Below are positions 1 through 8,750 of a DNA stretch of 54,567 bases, piece after piece. The position numbers and the translations under genes were made by a program. Location of the stretch: positions 1 through 54,567 of IMG/VR virus record IMGVR_UViG_3300045141_000365. One strand, 5' to 3'. A model generated the notes under the pieces. That model saw only the letters and a program-made list of their open reading frames with translations, was not told the origin of the DNA and ran no database searches. This DNA is from a virus. Taxonomy: Duplodnaviria > Caudoviricetes. Each line of letters begins with the position of its first letter. Position 1 is the first letter of the stretch.

Positions 1-127
1 TCGATTGTTCGGCCCCCAATACCGGCGCGGGCTCTCCCAAAAAGCTCACCCCCCAAATGCTCCAGCGCCGGTTCCAGCCGCTCATGCGCATTGGTTACGC
101 CGGCAAGAATCCATTCAAGGAAACAGC
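1..127. repeat. Terminal direct repeat (circular assembly overlap), identical to 54441-54567
   Basis: Exact 127-nt identity of the two window ends; 127 is a common assembler k-mer size. Confidence 0.97.
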
Positions 128-1109
128 ACCATGGATCGAGTTGGTCACCGACATCGATACTTGCTGGGAACTCGATCACCTCGGGGGACAGCAAGGCATT
201 GGCGGTGTGCCGTCTGTTTCGGGCAATTGGCGCTTCACTGAATGGGGCGCGGCCAATGAGTATTGGCGCTATGGGTTTTCGGGCTCCATTGGAAACTTCA
301 TGGTGCGCACCGATCCCAACGGCCTTCGCTTCAATTTCGTGCGCGACTTGGGCGCGGCTGCTGCCCCCAACCGTTTCCGTTACCAGGTGGTGCTGCCATA
401 CGTCAACCAGATAACCTCCGGTGCGGGAGGCGCTCCCGGCCTGGGTCGCGCCAGCAATCCAGCCTTCGACAATGCGCTCTATCGCATTTCCTACATCTGG
501 CACAAAAAGGGCATGGAAGCCCTGGTGGCTGATGCCACTCCGGTCAACAAGGAGATGCCATTTAGCTCCCGAAACTTCGGTGGCCGCTGGCAGTTCGTCA
601 TGGACAACCTGGGCGAAGACGCCAATGGCCGGGCCATTGAGAACTTCCTTCGCAACAAAGGCATGTTCGTGGCTGACTTCAAACTGGCCATCCGGCCCAT
701 GTACACGGAATTTGTGGAAGCCATCTTCCATAAGTCCGAGCCCCAGTGTGTTGTGGAAATCGATACCTGCTCCAGTGATCCTGGATACCCGACGCAGAGC
801 TACAACAGCGCGAACGAGAACTGCGGTGACACACCTGTCAACATGCTGTTCACGCCGATTCTAGCCACCCATGCTGATGGAACCTCTGGCACCTACGAGA
901 TCCTTGCGAACACAATCACGTGCGATGGTGATCCCATTTCGCACGCAGCCATCACGGGCAGCTCCTCGCTCCCGGTGCTTGTGGCCCAGCTTAACGCCGC
1001 CGTTCAGCTCGGAGCAGGCGCGGGAAGCTGGACAGTGCAAGGCAGCCAAGTGCAACTTCAAGCGACAAACTGTCAAAATGTTGTGCTTCCTTGGCTTGAG
1101 AACGTATAA
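1..1109 (+). CDS. Major capsid protein, 3' part, with probable C-terminal accessory domain
   Basis: Continuation of the 53879 ORF; position after portal and scaffold; followed by a strong hairpin. Confidence 0.75.
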   Translation, partial: DCSAPNTGAGSPKKLTPQMLQRRFQPLMRIGYAGKNPFKETAPWIELVTDIDTCWELDHLGGQQGIGGVPSVSGNWRFTEWGAANEYWRYGFSGSIGNFMVRTDPNGLRFNFVRDLGAAAAPNRFRYQVVLPYVNQITSGAGGAPGLGRASNPAFDNALYRISYIWHKKGMEALVADATPVNKEMPFSSRNFGGRWQFVMDNLGEDANGRAIENFLRNKGMFVADFKLAIRPMYTEFVEAIFHKSEPQCVVEIDTCSSDPGYPTQSYNSANENCGDTPVNMLFTPILATHADGTSGTYEILANTITCDGDPISHAAITGSSSLPVLVAQLNAAVQLGAGAGSWTVQGSQVQLQATNCQNVVLPWLENV

Positions 1110-1122
1110 CCTTAGTACAGTA

Positions 1123-1155
1123 ATTGAGGGGGTTGATTATGTCAACCTCCTCAAT
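1123..1155. terminator. Hairpin between convergent capsid and HNH genes
   Basis: attgagggggttga / tcaacctcctcaat 14-bp stem (one G-U), 5-nt loop. Confidence 0.6.
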
Positions 1156-1738
1156 GAAATACCTCGTTCATTGGCCAACCCTTGTTGAGTCGATAGCGGG
1201 TTCTGGCATAAGGAACACTGAAATGACGACACAACTCCGAAAGGCAGGCGGTAATTCCGTCCACCGTCAGGATGCGGGTGTCGGAGCGATTTCGGTTTTG
1301 CTCCGCTTTTGTGGCCCAGCGGCAGTTTTCCTTGTAGTAGCCCTTATCGTTATCGATGCGTTCAATGGATTTCCCAACAGGGCGTTCTCCCATATCGTCA
1401 AAAAAGCCAACAAAGGTCATCCATCTTTTACAGACAGTGATCCCTCTGGCTCCGTAATTTTTAAAGCAGTCCGATTTCGTGTTGACACATCTGTCGCGCA
1501 TTTTTGCCCAAGTTGTGTACGTGCCGGATCGTGCCATTCCATGCTTTTTTGGTCTGCATTTAATGCACGATCTACCGATTCCTTTCAGCAAGTTGTAATT
1601 GGAAGCGGTGAGCTGTCGGCCGCATTCACACAGGCAAATACTGCACGCGTTTCGGTTCGATTTGCTTCGTGGTCCTTCTTGGATCACAAGAAGCTTGCCG
1701 AATCGTTGTCCGATGATGGATTGTCTTTTTCGTGGCAT
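1151..1738 (-). CDS. HNH homing endonuclease
   Basis: CECG, RC..T...FKNYGARGITVCKRW, SIERIDNDKGYYKENCRWAT motifs. Confidence 0.9.
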   Translation of the reverse strand: MPRKRQSIIGQRFGKLLVIQEGPRSKSNRNACSICLCECGRQLTASNYNLLKGIGRSCIKCRPKKHGMARSGTYTTWAKMRDRCVNTKSDCFKNYGARGITVCKRWMTFVGFFDDMGERPVGKSIERIDNDKGYYKENCRWATKAEQNRNRSDTRILTVDGITACLSELCRHFSVPYARTRYRLNKGWPMNEVFH

Positions 1739-1740
1739 AA

Positions 1741-1815
1741 CATTGCTGACTCATTGTTGTGTTTCCGTGGCGGGTCTGGGTGTCGATCCCTAGATCCGCT
1801 GCGCCTCCAGTATGA
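1741..1815. promoter_or_regulatory. Conserved structured leader of HNH gene, copy 1
   Basis: Similar in sequence and stem-loop to 2992-3067; minus-strand TTTAAA-17-CATACT promoter-like motif at its upstream end. Confidence 0.55.
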
Positions 1816-1846
1816 ACCTCTCGATTCAGTTTTTAAAGGTTAAAGT

Positions 1847-2146
1847 ATGGATGCACCGAGTTATTCAGATTCCGCCTCGCCATCAATGGCGCAGGACACC
1901 GGGGACGCCGACCCCAGTGAGGATCAGGAACACGAAACCTCAGCCCTACTGCCCAAGTCGATCCTGGCGGGCAAGGACTTCAAGGTGGGAGAGGAAGTGG
2001 TCCTCAAGATCGATGCCATCCACGATGATGAAATCGAGGTGTCGTACGCAACCGGCAAATCCAAGGAACCCGACGCTGACGAGTCCGCGATGGACACCGC
2101 CAAGGGTGGTCTTGACTCCTACGCAAAAACACCCGAACAGATGTAA
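1847..2146 (+). CDS. Acidic hypothetical protein (head module)
   Basis: D/E-rich 99-aa ORF, TAATG-coupled to the next gene. Confidence 0.7.
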   Translation: MDAPSYSDSASPSMAQDTGDADPSEDQEHETSALLPKSILAGKDFKVGEEVVLKIDAIHDDEIEVSYATGKSKEPDADESAMDTAKGGLDSYAKTPEQM

Positions 2147-2547
2147 TGGCTATGAGTGTTGCCTGTGATTCAACCAGCTTGCTGAATAATGCGAAATGTA
2201 TTTTTGGCTGTGTGCCTCCAGGAATGGCCAAAGCGATTCAAATTGCTTTGCTCTGTAATATTGTAAATGGGACCGTTATGACTGACTGCTCTGCACAAAA
2301 CTTAGTAACCCAAGCCGCTTGCTTCCTGCCTTGCATAGCTGCTGGAGCAGCGGACTCCATAATTATTTACTTACTTTGCCAAATCGCCAGTGGCTCCAGT
2401 GGTGGTGGTGGTGGGAGTGGGAGTGTGCTTTGCGGTACGGTAGATCCTACTACTGGACCAACTGGTTCGTGCGGAATTTATTATCGCAGCGACACCGGAG
2501 GATTCTGGTACTGGAATGGATCAGCATGGATTCAATTTATTGTTTAA
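2146..2547 (+). CDS. Cys-rich putative virion/decoration protein
   Basis: Two Cys-patterned repeats, a Gly linker, and C-terminal IYYRSDTGGFWYWNGSAW typical of phage fibre/decoration domains. Confidence 0.6.
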   Translation: MAMSVACDSTSLLNNAKCIFGCVPPGMAKAIQIALLCNIVNGTVMTDCSAQNLVTQAACFLPCIAAGAADSIIIYLLCQIASGSSGGGGGSGSVLCGTVDPTTGPTGSCGIYYRSDTGGFWYWNGSAWIQFIV

Positions 2548-2989
2548 ACTTTTTGGAACCTTGGCACCACGGCTCAAGAAAAGCTGATTCAGGTGGCCAG
2601 CCACGGTCCAAGCGTGTTCGTACTCGGCTGTAGGGGATTTTTAAATGAATACACAAATCAGTAATGCATGCGGTCATTCCGTTTATGGTAAAAACTCGGT
2701 TGGATCGTCTGTTTCTGGATTGGTCCTTGCGTGTCGCCCATCGCACATTTTCAGGACAATAGCCCAAGGAATTATCCTTCCGCTCAATGCTCATTCCAGG
2801 CAATGGCTCCCCAACATCTTCGACAAAATTTTTAAATTCCATCCATCGATCACAAACCGTAATCCCCCTGCCTCCGTAATCTTTAAACGCTTTATGGTTT
2901 GGGCGAGTGCATCGGCGAATCATGTTGAGCCAGACCGTATAAATTCGTGGCACAAACCCCCGCTTTGTGTAACCGTGCTTTTTAGGCAT
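2537..2989 (-). CDS. HNH homing endonuclease
   Basis: FKDYGGRGITVCDRW, SIERKDNSLGYCPENVRWAT. Confidence 0.9.
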   Translation of the reverse strand: MPKKHGYTKRGFVPRIYTVWLNMIRRCTRPNHKAFKDYGGRGITVCDRWMEFKNFVEDVGEPLPGMSIERKDNSLGYCPENVRWATRKDQSRNRRSNRVFTINGMTACITDLCIHLKIPYSRVRTRLDRGWPPESAFLEPWCQGSKKFKQ

Positions 2990-2991
2990 TG

Positions 2992-3067
2992 CATTGCTTT
3001 CTCAATGTTTTGTCAGTGGCGGGATTCGGACTGCAATCCGTTCCCGCTGCGATTCTCCGCATTATGA
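2992..3067. promoter_or_regulatory. Conserved structured leader of HNH gene, copy 2
   Basis: Similar to 1741-1815; minus-strand CATAAT -10-like box overlaps the ATG at 3064. Confidence 0.55.
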
Positions 3068-4290
3068 GAACAAAAAACAACATCCTTTTCCTCGTTGCCA
3101 GCCTGTTCATTGGCGCTCTGCTGGCATTTCTGTTTATGGCGGCTGCTCCTCCCGCTCCGGTCTATCGCAATGCTTGGACCACTAACGCTGGCGTGGGGCC
3201 CGTGCAGGGGGCCAGCAATCTTCAGGTCACAAACGCCAACGACGTGATCTGGAATTTCTTTAGTGGTAGCACCAGCACAGTGGCCAGAATTGCTGATGTT
3301 AATGGAGCCACCAACACAGTCGTTACTAATTCACTGGAGCGCGGTTGGTTTGGGGACGGTTCCGATGGTCAGGCAATATTTGACGGCACGTCCACTGTGC
3401 TCGGCATGGCCCCAACCGCCAGCACCTACGTAATGACTAACAATCTATTCCTTTCCACTGCTGTTATCTCCAATGGTGCCACTTTGGTTACCACCGGATT
3501 CGTGGTGTGGTGCAGTGGAATATTAACCAATAATGGAACGATCCAGAACAATGGATCCCCAGGTGTAGCTGGTGCTTCGGCCACTACCGGGGGTGCTGCT
3601 GGTGCGGCCATTGCTCCCAAGGAATTAGGAGGTGGCCCTGCTGGAAGAACAGGTGGGACTGGCAATAATGGTGCAGGGAGCACGGGTGGCGCTCCTTCAG
3701 CAGCACAAGATGGTGCTGCTGGGGGCATTGGAGGAATAGGTGGATTCGGTGGATCGGCAGCAGGTGGAGCGGGAGGAACAGCTTCTGCGGTTCCTGCTTC
3801 TTTAAATAAGCGGCCAATAAGGTTTTTAACCCCAAGACTTATGGTGCAACTTTCGGGTGGTGGAGTCTTACAGCCACAAATTGTCCTTGGCGCTCAAAAT
3901 TCCGGCGGTCCCGGAGGTGGCGGCGCTGGGACTGGAGCCGCTCCAGGGGCTGGTGGTGGTGGGGCTGGTGGAGGAGCAGGAGCGCTTGCGATTTACGCCT
4001 TCGGTATCACAAATGTTGGAACCATTTCAACCACCGGAGGAAGAGGTGGTGACGGAGGAAGCGCTTCCAATGCCGGCGCTGCTGGTGGCGGAGGTGGTGG
4101 CGGAGGTGGTGGCGGATTGACTTATCTGGTATACGGATCACTTGCCAACTCGGGCACCATTGGTGCTGCTGGAGGTGCAGGTGGAAATGGAGGTTCAGGC
4201 AACGGCGCTGGAAATCCTGGCACAAATGGAAGCCCTGGTAACAATGGATTGGTGATAAAGTACAATTTAGCTACTCACAACTTTGAATGA
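3064..4290 (+). CDS. Gly-rich fibre-like protein with N-terminal signal peptide
   Basis: Likely start MRTKNNILFLV at 3064; hydrophobic h-region; FGDGSDG motif and long Gly/Ala runs as in phage Gly-rich tail proteins. Confidence 0.65.
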   Translation: MRTKNNILFLVASLFIGALLAFLFMAAAPPAPVYRNAWTTNAGVGPVQGASNLQVTNANDVIWNFFSGSTSTVARIADVNGATNTVVTNSLERGWFGDGSDGQAIFDGTSTVLGMAPTASTYVMTNNLFLSTAVISNGATLVTTGFVVWCSGILTNNGTIQNNGSPGVAGASATTGGAAGAAIAPKELGGGPAGRTGGTGNNGAGSTGGAPSAAQDGAAGGIGGIGGFGGSAAGGAGGTASAVPASLNKRPIRFLTPRLMVQLSGGGVLQPQIVLGAQNSGGPGGGGAGTGAAPGAGGGGAGGGAGALAIYAFGITNVGTISTTGGRGGDGGSASNAGAAGGGGGGGGGGGLTYLVYGSLANSGTIGAAGGAGGNGGSGNGAGNPGTNGSPGNNGLVIKYNLATHNFE

Positions 4291-5117
4291 AGAAATTCCT
4301 TCCTGCTATATGTGGCGCTTTTCTTGCAATGTTCGTGATGTGGCTGGTGTTGGGCGCGGCAGCCCCAGCTCCGCTTTATCGCAACCAGTGGACCACTAAC
4401 GTCCCAGGCCAGCCCGTCATTGGGAGCTTCATCTACAGTAATTCCGTAGCAGGCGCGGAGACCAATTTCGTTATTGCCAATTCCCAAGGGTTCCTGGAGT
4501 TGAACGGTGGAGGGAGGCAGCTCTGGAAGCTTTATGGCTGGTTCGGCACGGATAAGGCATTCGATTGGAATGGTAGCCAGTCCAAGCTGATGACCAATGG
4601 TGGGGCAGTGCTGTCCTTGAGTGATCCGACCCAAGTTGGCTTGCTCGTTACCGGCGCAGCAGCGCAAGCGGGAGACCTATTTAACGGCAACAATTCCGCA
4701 GGTGGAACCGTGTTCGCTGTCCATCCCGCTGGCACTATTTACTCTTCGGTGCTCTCTTCCAACCTGGCCACCTACACTGACAGCAATACCAACTTGGCCA
4801 GCGCCTCAGTGGCTGCAATCACGTACGCCGCAAACACGAACACGGTTAATTTTGGCGCATCCACCATGCCGTACTTTACTACCGTGATCACCAACGACAC
4901 GGTGTTTACGAATCGGCTTCAGTCCGCTGGCAAATCAGTAGCCATAAGGCTTACCGGCAATATCACCAACAGTAATTTAAGCTTTCCGGCTGGCTGGATC
5001 TTTTTGGGTGGGGGCGCTCCCACGAGCATCGCTTCCAACAAAGTGGCAGTACTTTCGCTCACGGCTTTCGGCACAGACCCAACCAATATTACAGCGGTCT
5101 ATTCCGTTCAGCCATGA
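4287..5117 (+). CDS. Fibre-like protein with signal peptide
   Basis: MKKFLPAICGAFLAM... signal; C-terminal LSFPAGWIFLGGGAPTSIASNKVAVLSL resembles phage fibre C-terminal domains; ATGA-coupled. Confidence 0.6.
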   Translation: MKKFLPAICGAFLAMFVMWLVLGAAAPAPLYRNQWTTNVPGQPVIGSFIYSNSVAGAETNFVIANSQGFLELNGGGRQLWKLYGWFGTDKAFDWNGSQSKLMTNGGAVLSLSDPTQVGLLVTGAAAQAGDLFNGNNSAGGTVFAVHPAGTIYSSVLSSNLATYTDSNTNLASASVAAITYAANTNTVNFGASTMPYFTTVITNDTVFTNRLQSAGKSVAIRLTGNITNSNLSFPAGWIFLGGGAPTSIASNKVAVLSLTAFGTDPTNITAVYSVQP

Positions 5118-5920
5118 CAAGATCCCTGCTCCTCATCCTTCTGTTCTGCCTGGGCGCCCACGCTCAGGACTTGAGCTTCCTGAATCTCCCGCTCCTGGCG
5201 CAATCCCAGGCGGCGCAATTGCCCCTCACGGGGATGCTCGCATGGTTCAAGGCTGATTCCTTTCCCACCACTACCACGAACCTGACCCCAGTGGGAAACA
5301 CCACGAATAATACGCAATGGATCGATTCAGCGCCGGGCCACATTTACACGCTGATGCAGCGGACAGCGGCCGATCGGCCCCTCTACAATCTGACGAACAA
5401 TTTGCAGAACAACCTGTTTCAGGCCATGCCCTGCATTTTCTTCCAGGGCAACTGGCTCTCCAATACCACCACGCCCATTACGCTCTCCACCAACTTCACG
5501 ATCTTCGTGGTGCTGAAGCAGAATGCCACTGTGGACAATTGCATTTTGGGATCCAGCACGGCAAACCGACAGCTTCGGGCCAATCGTCTCAATGCCAATA
5601 CATGGAGCTTCTTTGACGGTGCCTCCGAAGTGGTCAGTTCGGCCTACACCTCCAGCCAAACCACGAACCGGCTTTCGACGTGCCGTCGAACAAGTGGCAA
5701 CGTGGAGTTTTTCGACGGCATCATAAACAAGGGGCCGAACACTGCTTCGGCCGCAACCACTGTGTTCGATCAGGTCTGCGCCTCCTCGGGTGGGAGCGGG
5801 GTAGCCAACTACAATGGAACAGTCCAGGAGATCGTCATTTACACCAATGCCCTGAATGATGTAACGATTGGCTCATTGTATACCAATTACTTCAAGCCCA
5901 GATGGACCATTGCACCTTAA
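5114..5920 (+). CDS. LamG/concanavalin-like lectin domain protein with signal peptide (putative receptor binding)
   Basis: AHA|Q cleavage site; LAWFKAD, FTIFVV, YNGTVQEIVIYTNAL motifs. Confidence 0.7.
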   Translation: MTRSLLLILLFCLGAHAQDLSFLNLPLLAQSQAAQLPLTGMLAWFKADSFPTTTTNLTPVGNTTNNTQWIDSAPGHIYTLMQRTAADRPLYNLTNNLQNNLFQAMPCIFFQGNWLSNTTTPITLSTNFTIFVVLKQNATVDNCILGSSTANRQLRANRLNANTWSFFDGASEVVSSAYTSSQTTNRLSTCRRTSGNVEFFDGIINKGPNTASAATTVFDQVCASSGGSGVANYNGTVQEIVIYTNALNDVTIGSLYTNYFKPRWTIAP

Positions 5921-5927
5921 ACGAGCT

Positions 5928-6143
5928 ATGAGCGACATTGTTCTGGTGGCCATCATCGCCACTGTGCCAGGAGTGCTGACTGCTGCTGTAGGGTATTGCG
6001 CGGTCCACAAAAAGACCAATGACCTGAAGGTCCATATTAATTCCCGCATGGATCAGTTGCTGGCAGTCTCGAATGCCGCCAAATTCGCGGAAGGTAAAAT
6101 CGAAGGCCGATCGGAAGCCACCATCAAAGCGCCGGTATCATGA
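5928..6143 (+). CDS. Small membrane protein, holin-like
   Basis: One N-terminal TM helix; lysis-cassette position. Confidence 0.5.
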   Translation: MSDIVLVAIIATVPGVLTAAVGYCAVHKKTNDLKVHINSRMDQLLAVSNAAKFAEGKIEGRSEATIKAPVS

Positions 6144-6146
6144 ACT

Positions 6147-6431
6147 ATGGCAAACGGAACACCACCCAAAAAAGGGTTGCGGTTTTCACCAGAAATAAAC
6201 GCGGGGCACATCCTGACGGCCGTTATGTTGCTGTTCGGAATTGTTGGTGGTTATGCCGCCTTTCACACCCGGCTTTCGGTGCTTGAATTCCGACAGGCGC
6301 AGACAGATCAGGTCGTCAATGAACTGAAGAACAATAATGTTAAACTGGCCCAATCCATCGAAGAATTGAAGACAATCAGCATCAGGCTGACTGTGTTTGT
6401 GGAGGAAAGCCGAAAATCGAAAAGGGAATGA
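6147..6431 (+). CDS. TM plus coiled-coil protein (holin- or spanin-like)
   Basis: Single TM followed by heptad-rich tail. Confidence 0.5.
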   Translation: MANGTPPKKGLRFSPEINAGHILTAVMLLFGIVGGYAAFHTRLSVLEFRQAQTDQVVNELKNNNVKLAQSIEELKTISIRLTVFVEESRKSKRE

Positions 6432-6432
6432 T

Positions 6433-6819
6433 ATGCCGGACATGGATTACTTCTCCAAGGAGTTGACCCAGATCTTTCACTCGTCCCCGCCGATCTTCCT
6501 GTGTGTGGCCATCATCGCTCTCGGCTACGCGATTAAACTGATCCCGTCCATTCCGAACCGGATCATCCCGATGGTGACCTATAGCGTGGCCATCGTGGCA
6601 TACCCGATCATTTCTGTGCCCAACCCTGGGAGCCTGCCGCAGAATTACTCAACAGTGGCCGGCATCGTGCGGGACATGCTGGGTGGGGTTATTATTGCGT
6701 CCATTGCCTGGATTGCGCATCTTGTGGTCCTGAAAAAGCTGATCGACAAATACATGCCGGTAAACGATCGGGGAGATACCAAGTTTATGACCAAGCCACC
6801 AGAGGAGCCAAAACCATGA
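6433..6819 (+). CDS. Putative holin (3 TM)
   Basis: Three hydrophobic segments, charged C-terminus; start MPDMDY. Confidence 0.6.
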   Translation: MPDMDYFSKELTQIFHSSPPIFLCVAIIALGYAIKLIPSIPNRIIPMVTYSVAIVAYPIISVPNPGSLPQNYSTVAGIVRDMLGGVIIASIAWIAHLVVLKKLIDKYMPVNDRGDTKFMTKPPEEPKP

Positions 6820-7148
6820 AGCGCCTGCTCTTTTTATTCCCACTGCTGCTCTGGGGATGCGCCCTGAACAACGGGGTTCCAGCCAACAAGATCAACATCG
6901 TCACACCTCAAGGGTCGTACAACATCTTCACCCCAAAGAACGTCACCATTGACGCATTTGTGGCCACGGTGGAAACCAACGGCATCGTCAAGGTGAGCTT
7001 CACCAAGTGGCAAAGCGCCAACGATCCACTGGTGATCGACAAGGCGGCTGCGGGCCAGGTGTCGATCATAAACGCCTGGAATAATCTGGTCAGTCAGGCT
7101 GTGTTTTCGGCTGCCAATGGCGCCGTGCAAGGAGCGGTAAAGCCATGA
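6816..7148 (+). CDS. Lipoprotein (possible o-spanin)
   Basis: MKRLLFLFPLLLWG|C lipobox. Confidence 0.6.
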   Translation: MKRLLFLFPLLLWGCALNNGVPANKINIVTPQGSYNIFTPKNVTIDAFVATVETNGIVKVSFTKWQSANDPLVIDKAAAGQVSIINAWNNLVSQAVFSAANGAVQGAVKP

Positions 7149-7900
7149 GAAGCATTCAACGTTACGGCTGGCGCCCTGATTTGGGTGATGTCCGGGATCT
7201 CATATTTCGGCCTACATTAGATGCCGCACAGCTTCCGCCCAAGGTGGATCTCCGTGCTTTATGTCCACCGGTCTATGACCAATGGCAATTAGGTTCCTGC
7301 ACTGGCAATGCTTCCGAAGCTCTCTTCCGCTTCCAGCACAAGAAACAGACTGGCACTGACTTTGAAGGTTCGCGCCTGTTCGCTTATTACGGGGGGCGGG
7401 AAGCTGAAGGCAGTACGGATACCGATTCCGGGGCTATGATCCGGGATGTGATCAAAGCCATACGCAAGGAAGGCATTTGTTCAGAGCAATGTTGGCCGTA
7501 CGATATTGCGCGGTTCGCTGATCGTGCTCCACAATCCTGTTACGACGAAGCCCTAAAGCACCAATCGCTCAAGTATCATCGCATCAATGGATTGCACAGC
7601 ATGAAGTCATGCTTGGCTCAAGGCTATCCATTTGTGTTTGGATTTTCAGTGTACGAAAGCTTTGAAAGCCCCGAGGTCGCTCGCACCGGGATGATGCCAA
7701 TGCCAGATCCAAGTGAAGCACTGCTTGGTGGTCATGCTGTGATGGCTGTGGGTTATGACGATACGCTCAAGATGATGATAGTCCGTAACTCATGGTCGGA
7801 TTCTTGGGGGGTCGGAGGATATTTTTGGATGCCACAGGATTATGTTTCAAATCCTGCACTGTCAGACGATGCATGGACAATTACGCTGGAAGAAATTTAA
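7145..7900 (+). CDS. Papain-family (C1A) cysteine protease
   Basis: QWQLGSCTGNA (Gln/Cys), GHAV (His), RNSWSDSWG (Asn). Confidence 0.92.
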   Translation: MRSIQRYGWRPDLGDVRDLIFRPTLDAAQLPPKVDLRALCPPVYDQWQLGSCTGNASEALFRFQHKKQTGTDFEGSRLFAYYGGREAEGSTDTDSGAMIRDVIKAIRKEGICSEQCWPYDIARFADRAPQSCYDEALKHQSLKYHRINGLHSMKSCLAQGYPFVFGFSVYESFESPEVARTGMMPMPDPSEALLGGHAVMAVGYDDTLKMMIVRNSWSDSWGVGGYFWMPQDYVSNPALSDDAWTITLEEI

Positions 7901-7901
7901 C

Positions 7902-8432
7902 TTAAATATGCCTCCAAGTGTGTCTCGCCAAGATGGCCTTAATATTGGCTTCTGAAACTGAAAATGCGGTAGCAATTTCTTTTCTTGGCACTTTCCCCCT
8001 GAGTGATCGAATTGAGATCACCTCCTTTTCGGTCAACTTTGCCAATGCATGAGATTCTCCGCGTGGTCTGCATTCTGGCCGTCGCCTTGAACTATGCTCG
8101 CCCCCTCTTTGGATTTGCTCCGGATGCGTTGCGCTTCCGTGGCGTCCCTTTTTCACAGCATCTAAAATATTGTCGGAATTTGTTCCAGCGAACAAATGGT
8201 TGGGGTTAACACAGGAAGGATTGTCGCAATGGTGGCACACGTAAAGCCCAGATGGGATCACGCCATAATGCATTTCATAGCTGATACGATGGGCTGATAC
8301 AGACTTTCCTCTCCCCATTATAATCATTCCGTAACCAGACTTCGTTTTGGCTCCGATCCACAACCAGCAGGAATCGGTCTTTTTGACCTTATCCCAAAAC
8401 CTAGTATGTGCTGGAGTGACTTTTTTAGGCAT
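7902..8432 (-). CDS. HNH endonuclease (HNH_3 type) with C-terminal HTH
   Basis: CWLWIG, AHRISY, VCHHCDNPSCVNPNHL; own promoter-like TTGGTA-17-TAAGAT at 8470-8442. Confidence 0.9.
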   Translation of the reverse strand: MPKKVTPAHTRFWDKVKKTDSCWLWIGAKTKSGYGMIIMGRGKSVSAHRISYEMHYGVIPSGLYVCHHCDNPSCVNPNHLFAGTNSDNILDAVKKGRHGSATHPEQIQRGGEHSSRRRPECRPRGESHALAKLTEKEVISIRSLRGKVPRKEIATAFSVSEANIKAILARHTWRHI

Positions 8433-8492
8433 CTCATGGCTATCTTAATTAATTCTTTGACATATACCAAATAAAATTGTTTAAGCTTGGCA

Positions 8493-8750
8493 ATGTGGGA
8501 ATACTGCAAGAACCTCGTCAGTGCGATACGTGAACACACGAAGGAACTAAAGAATATGTCACAAGCTCTCTCGAATCTGAATGCGGCCATCACAGACCTT
8601 AGCGCCACCGTGGACAAGGCCATTGCGGCTGGTATTGGTGGCTCCACGGGCGTACCCGAAGCTGAGGTGCAGGCTGCGGCTGACAACATTGCCACGCTCA
8701 ACAGCAAGCTCACAGCGGCTATCCCTGTGCCACCTCCCCCAACTCCCTAA
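8493..8750 (+). CDS. Coiled-coil hypothetical protein
   Basis: Amphipathic Ala/Leu-rich ORF with Pro-rich end. Confidence 0.55.
   Translation: MWEYCKNLVSAIREHTKELKNMSQALSNLNAAITDLSATVDKAIAAGIGGSTGVPEAEVQAAADNIATLNSKLTAAIPVPPPPTP

Noticed and set aside
1-127. Biological terminal repeat
   Set aside because: It falls in the middle of the capsid gene and its length equals a common assembler k-mer, so it is best explained as circular overlap.
3540-4260. Collagen-like or DGR-type repeats
   Set aside because: The Gly-rich low complexity lacks strict Gly-X-Y periodicity, and no reverse transcriptase or template/variable repeat pair was seen.
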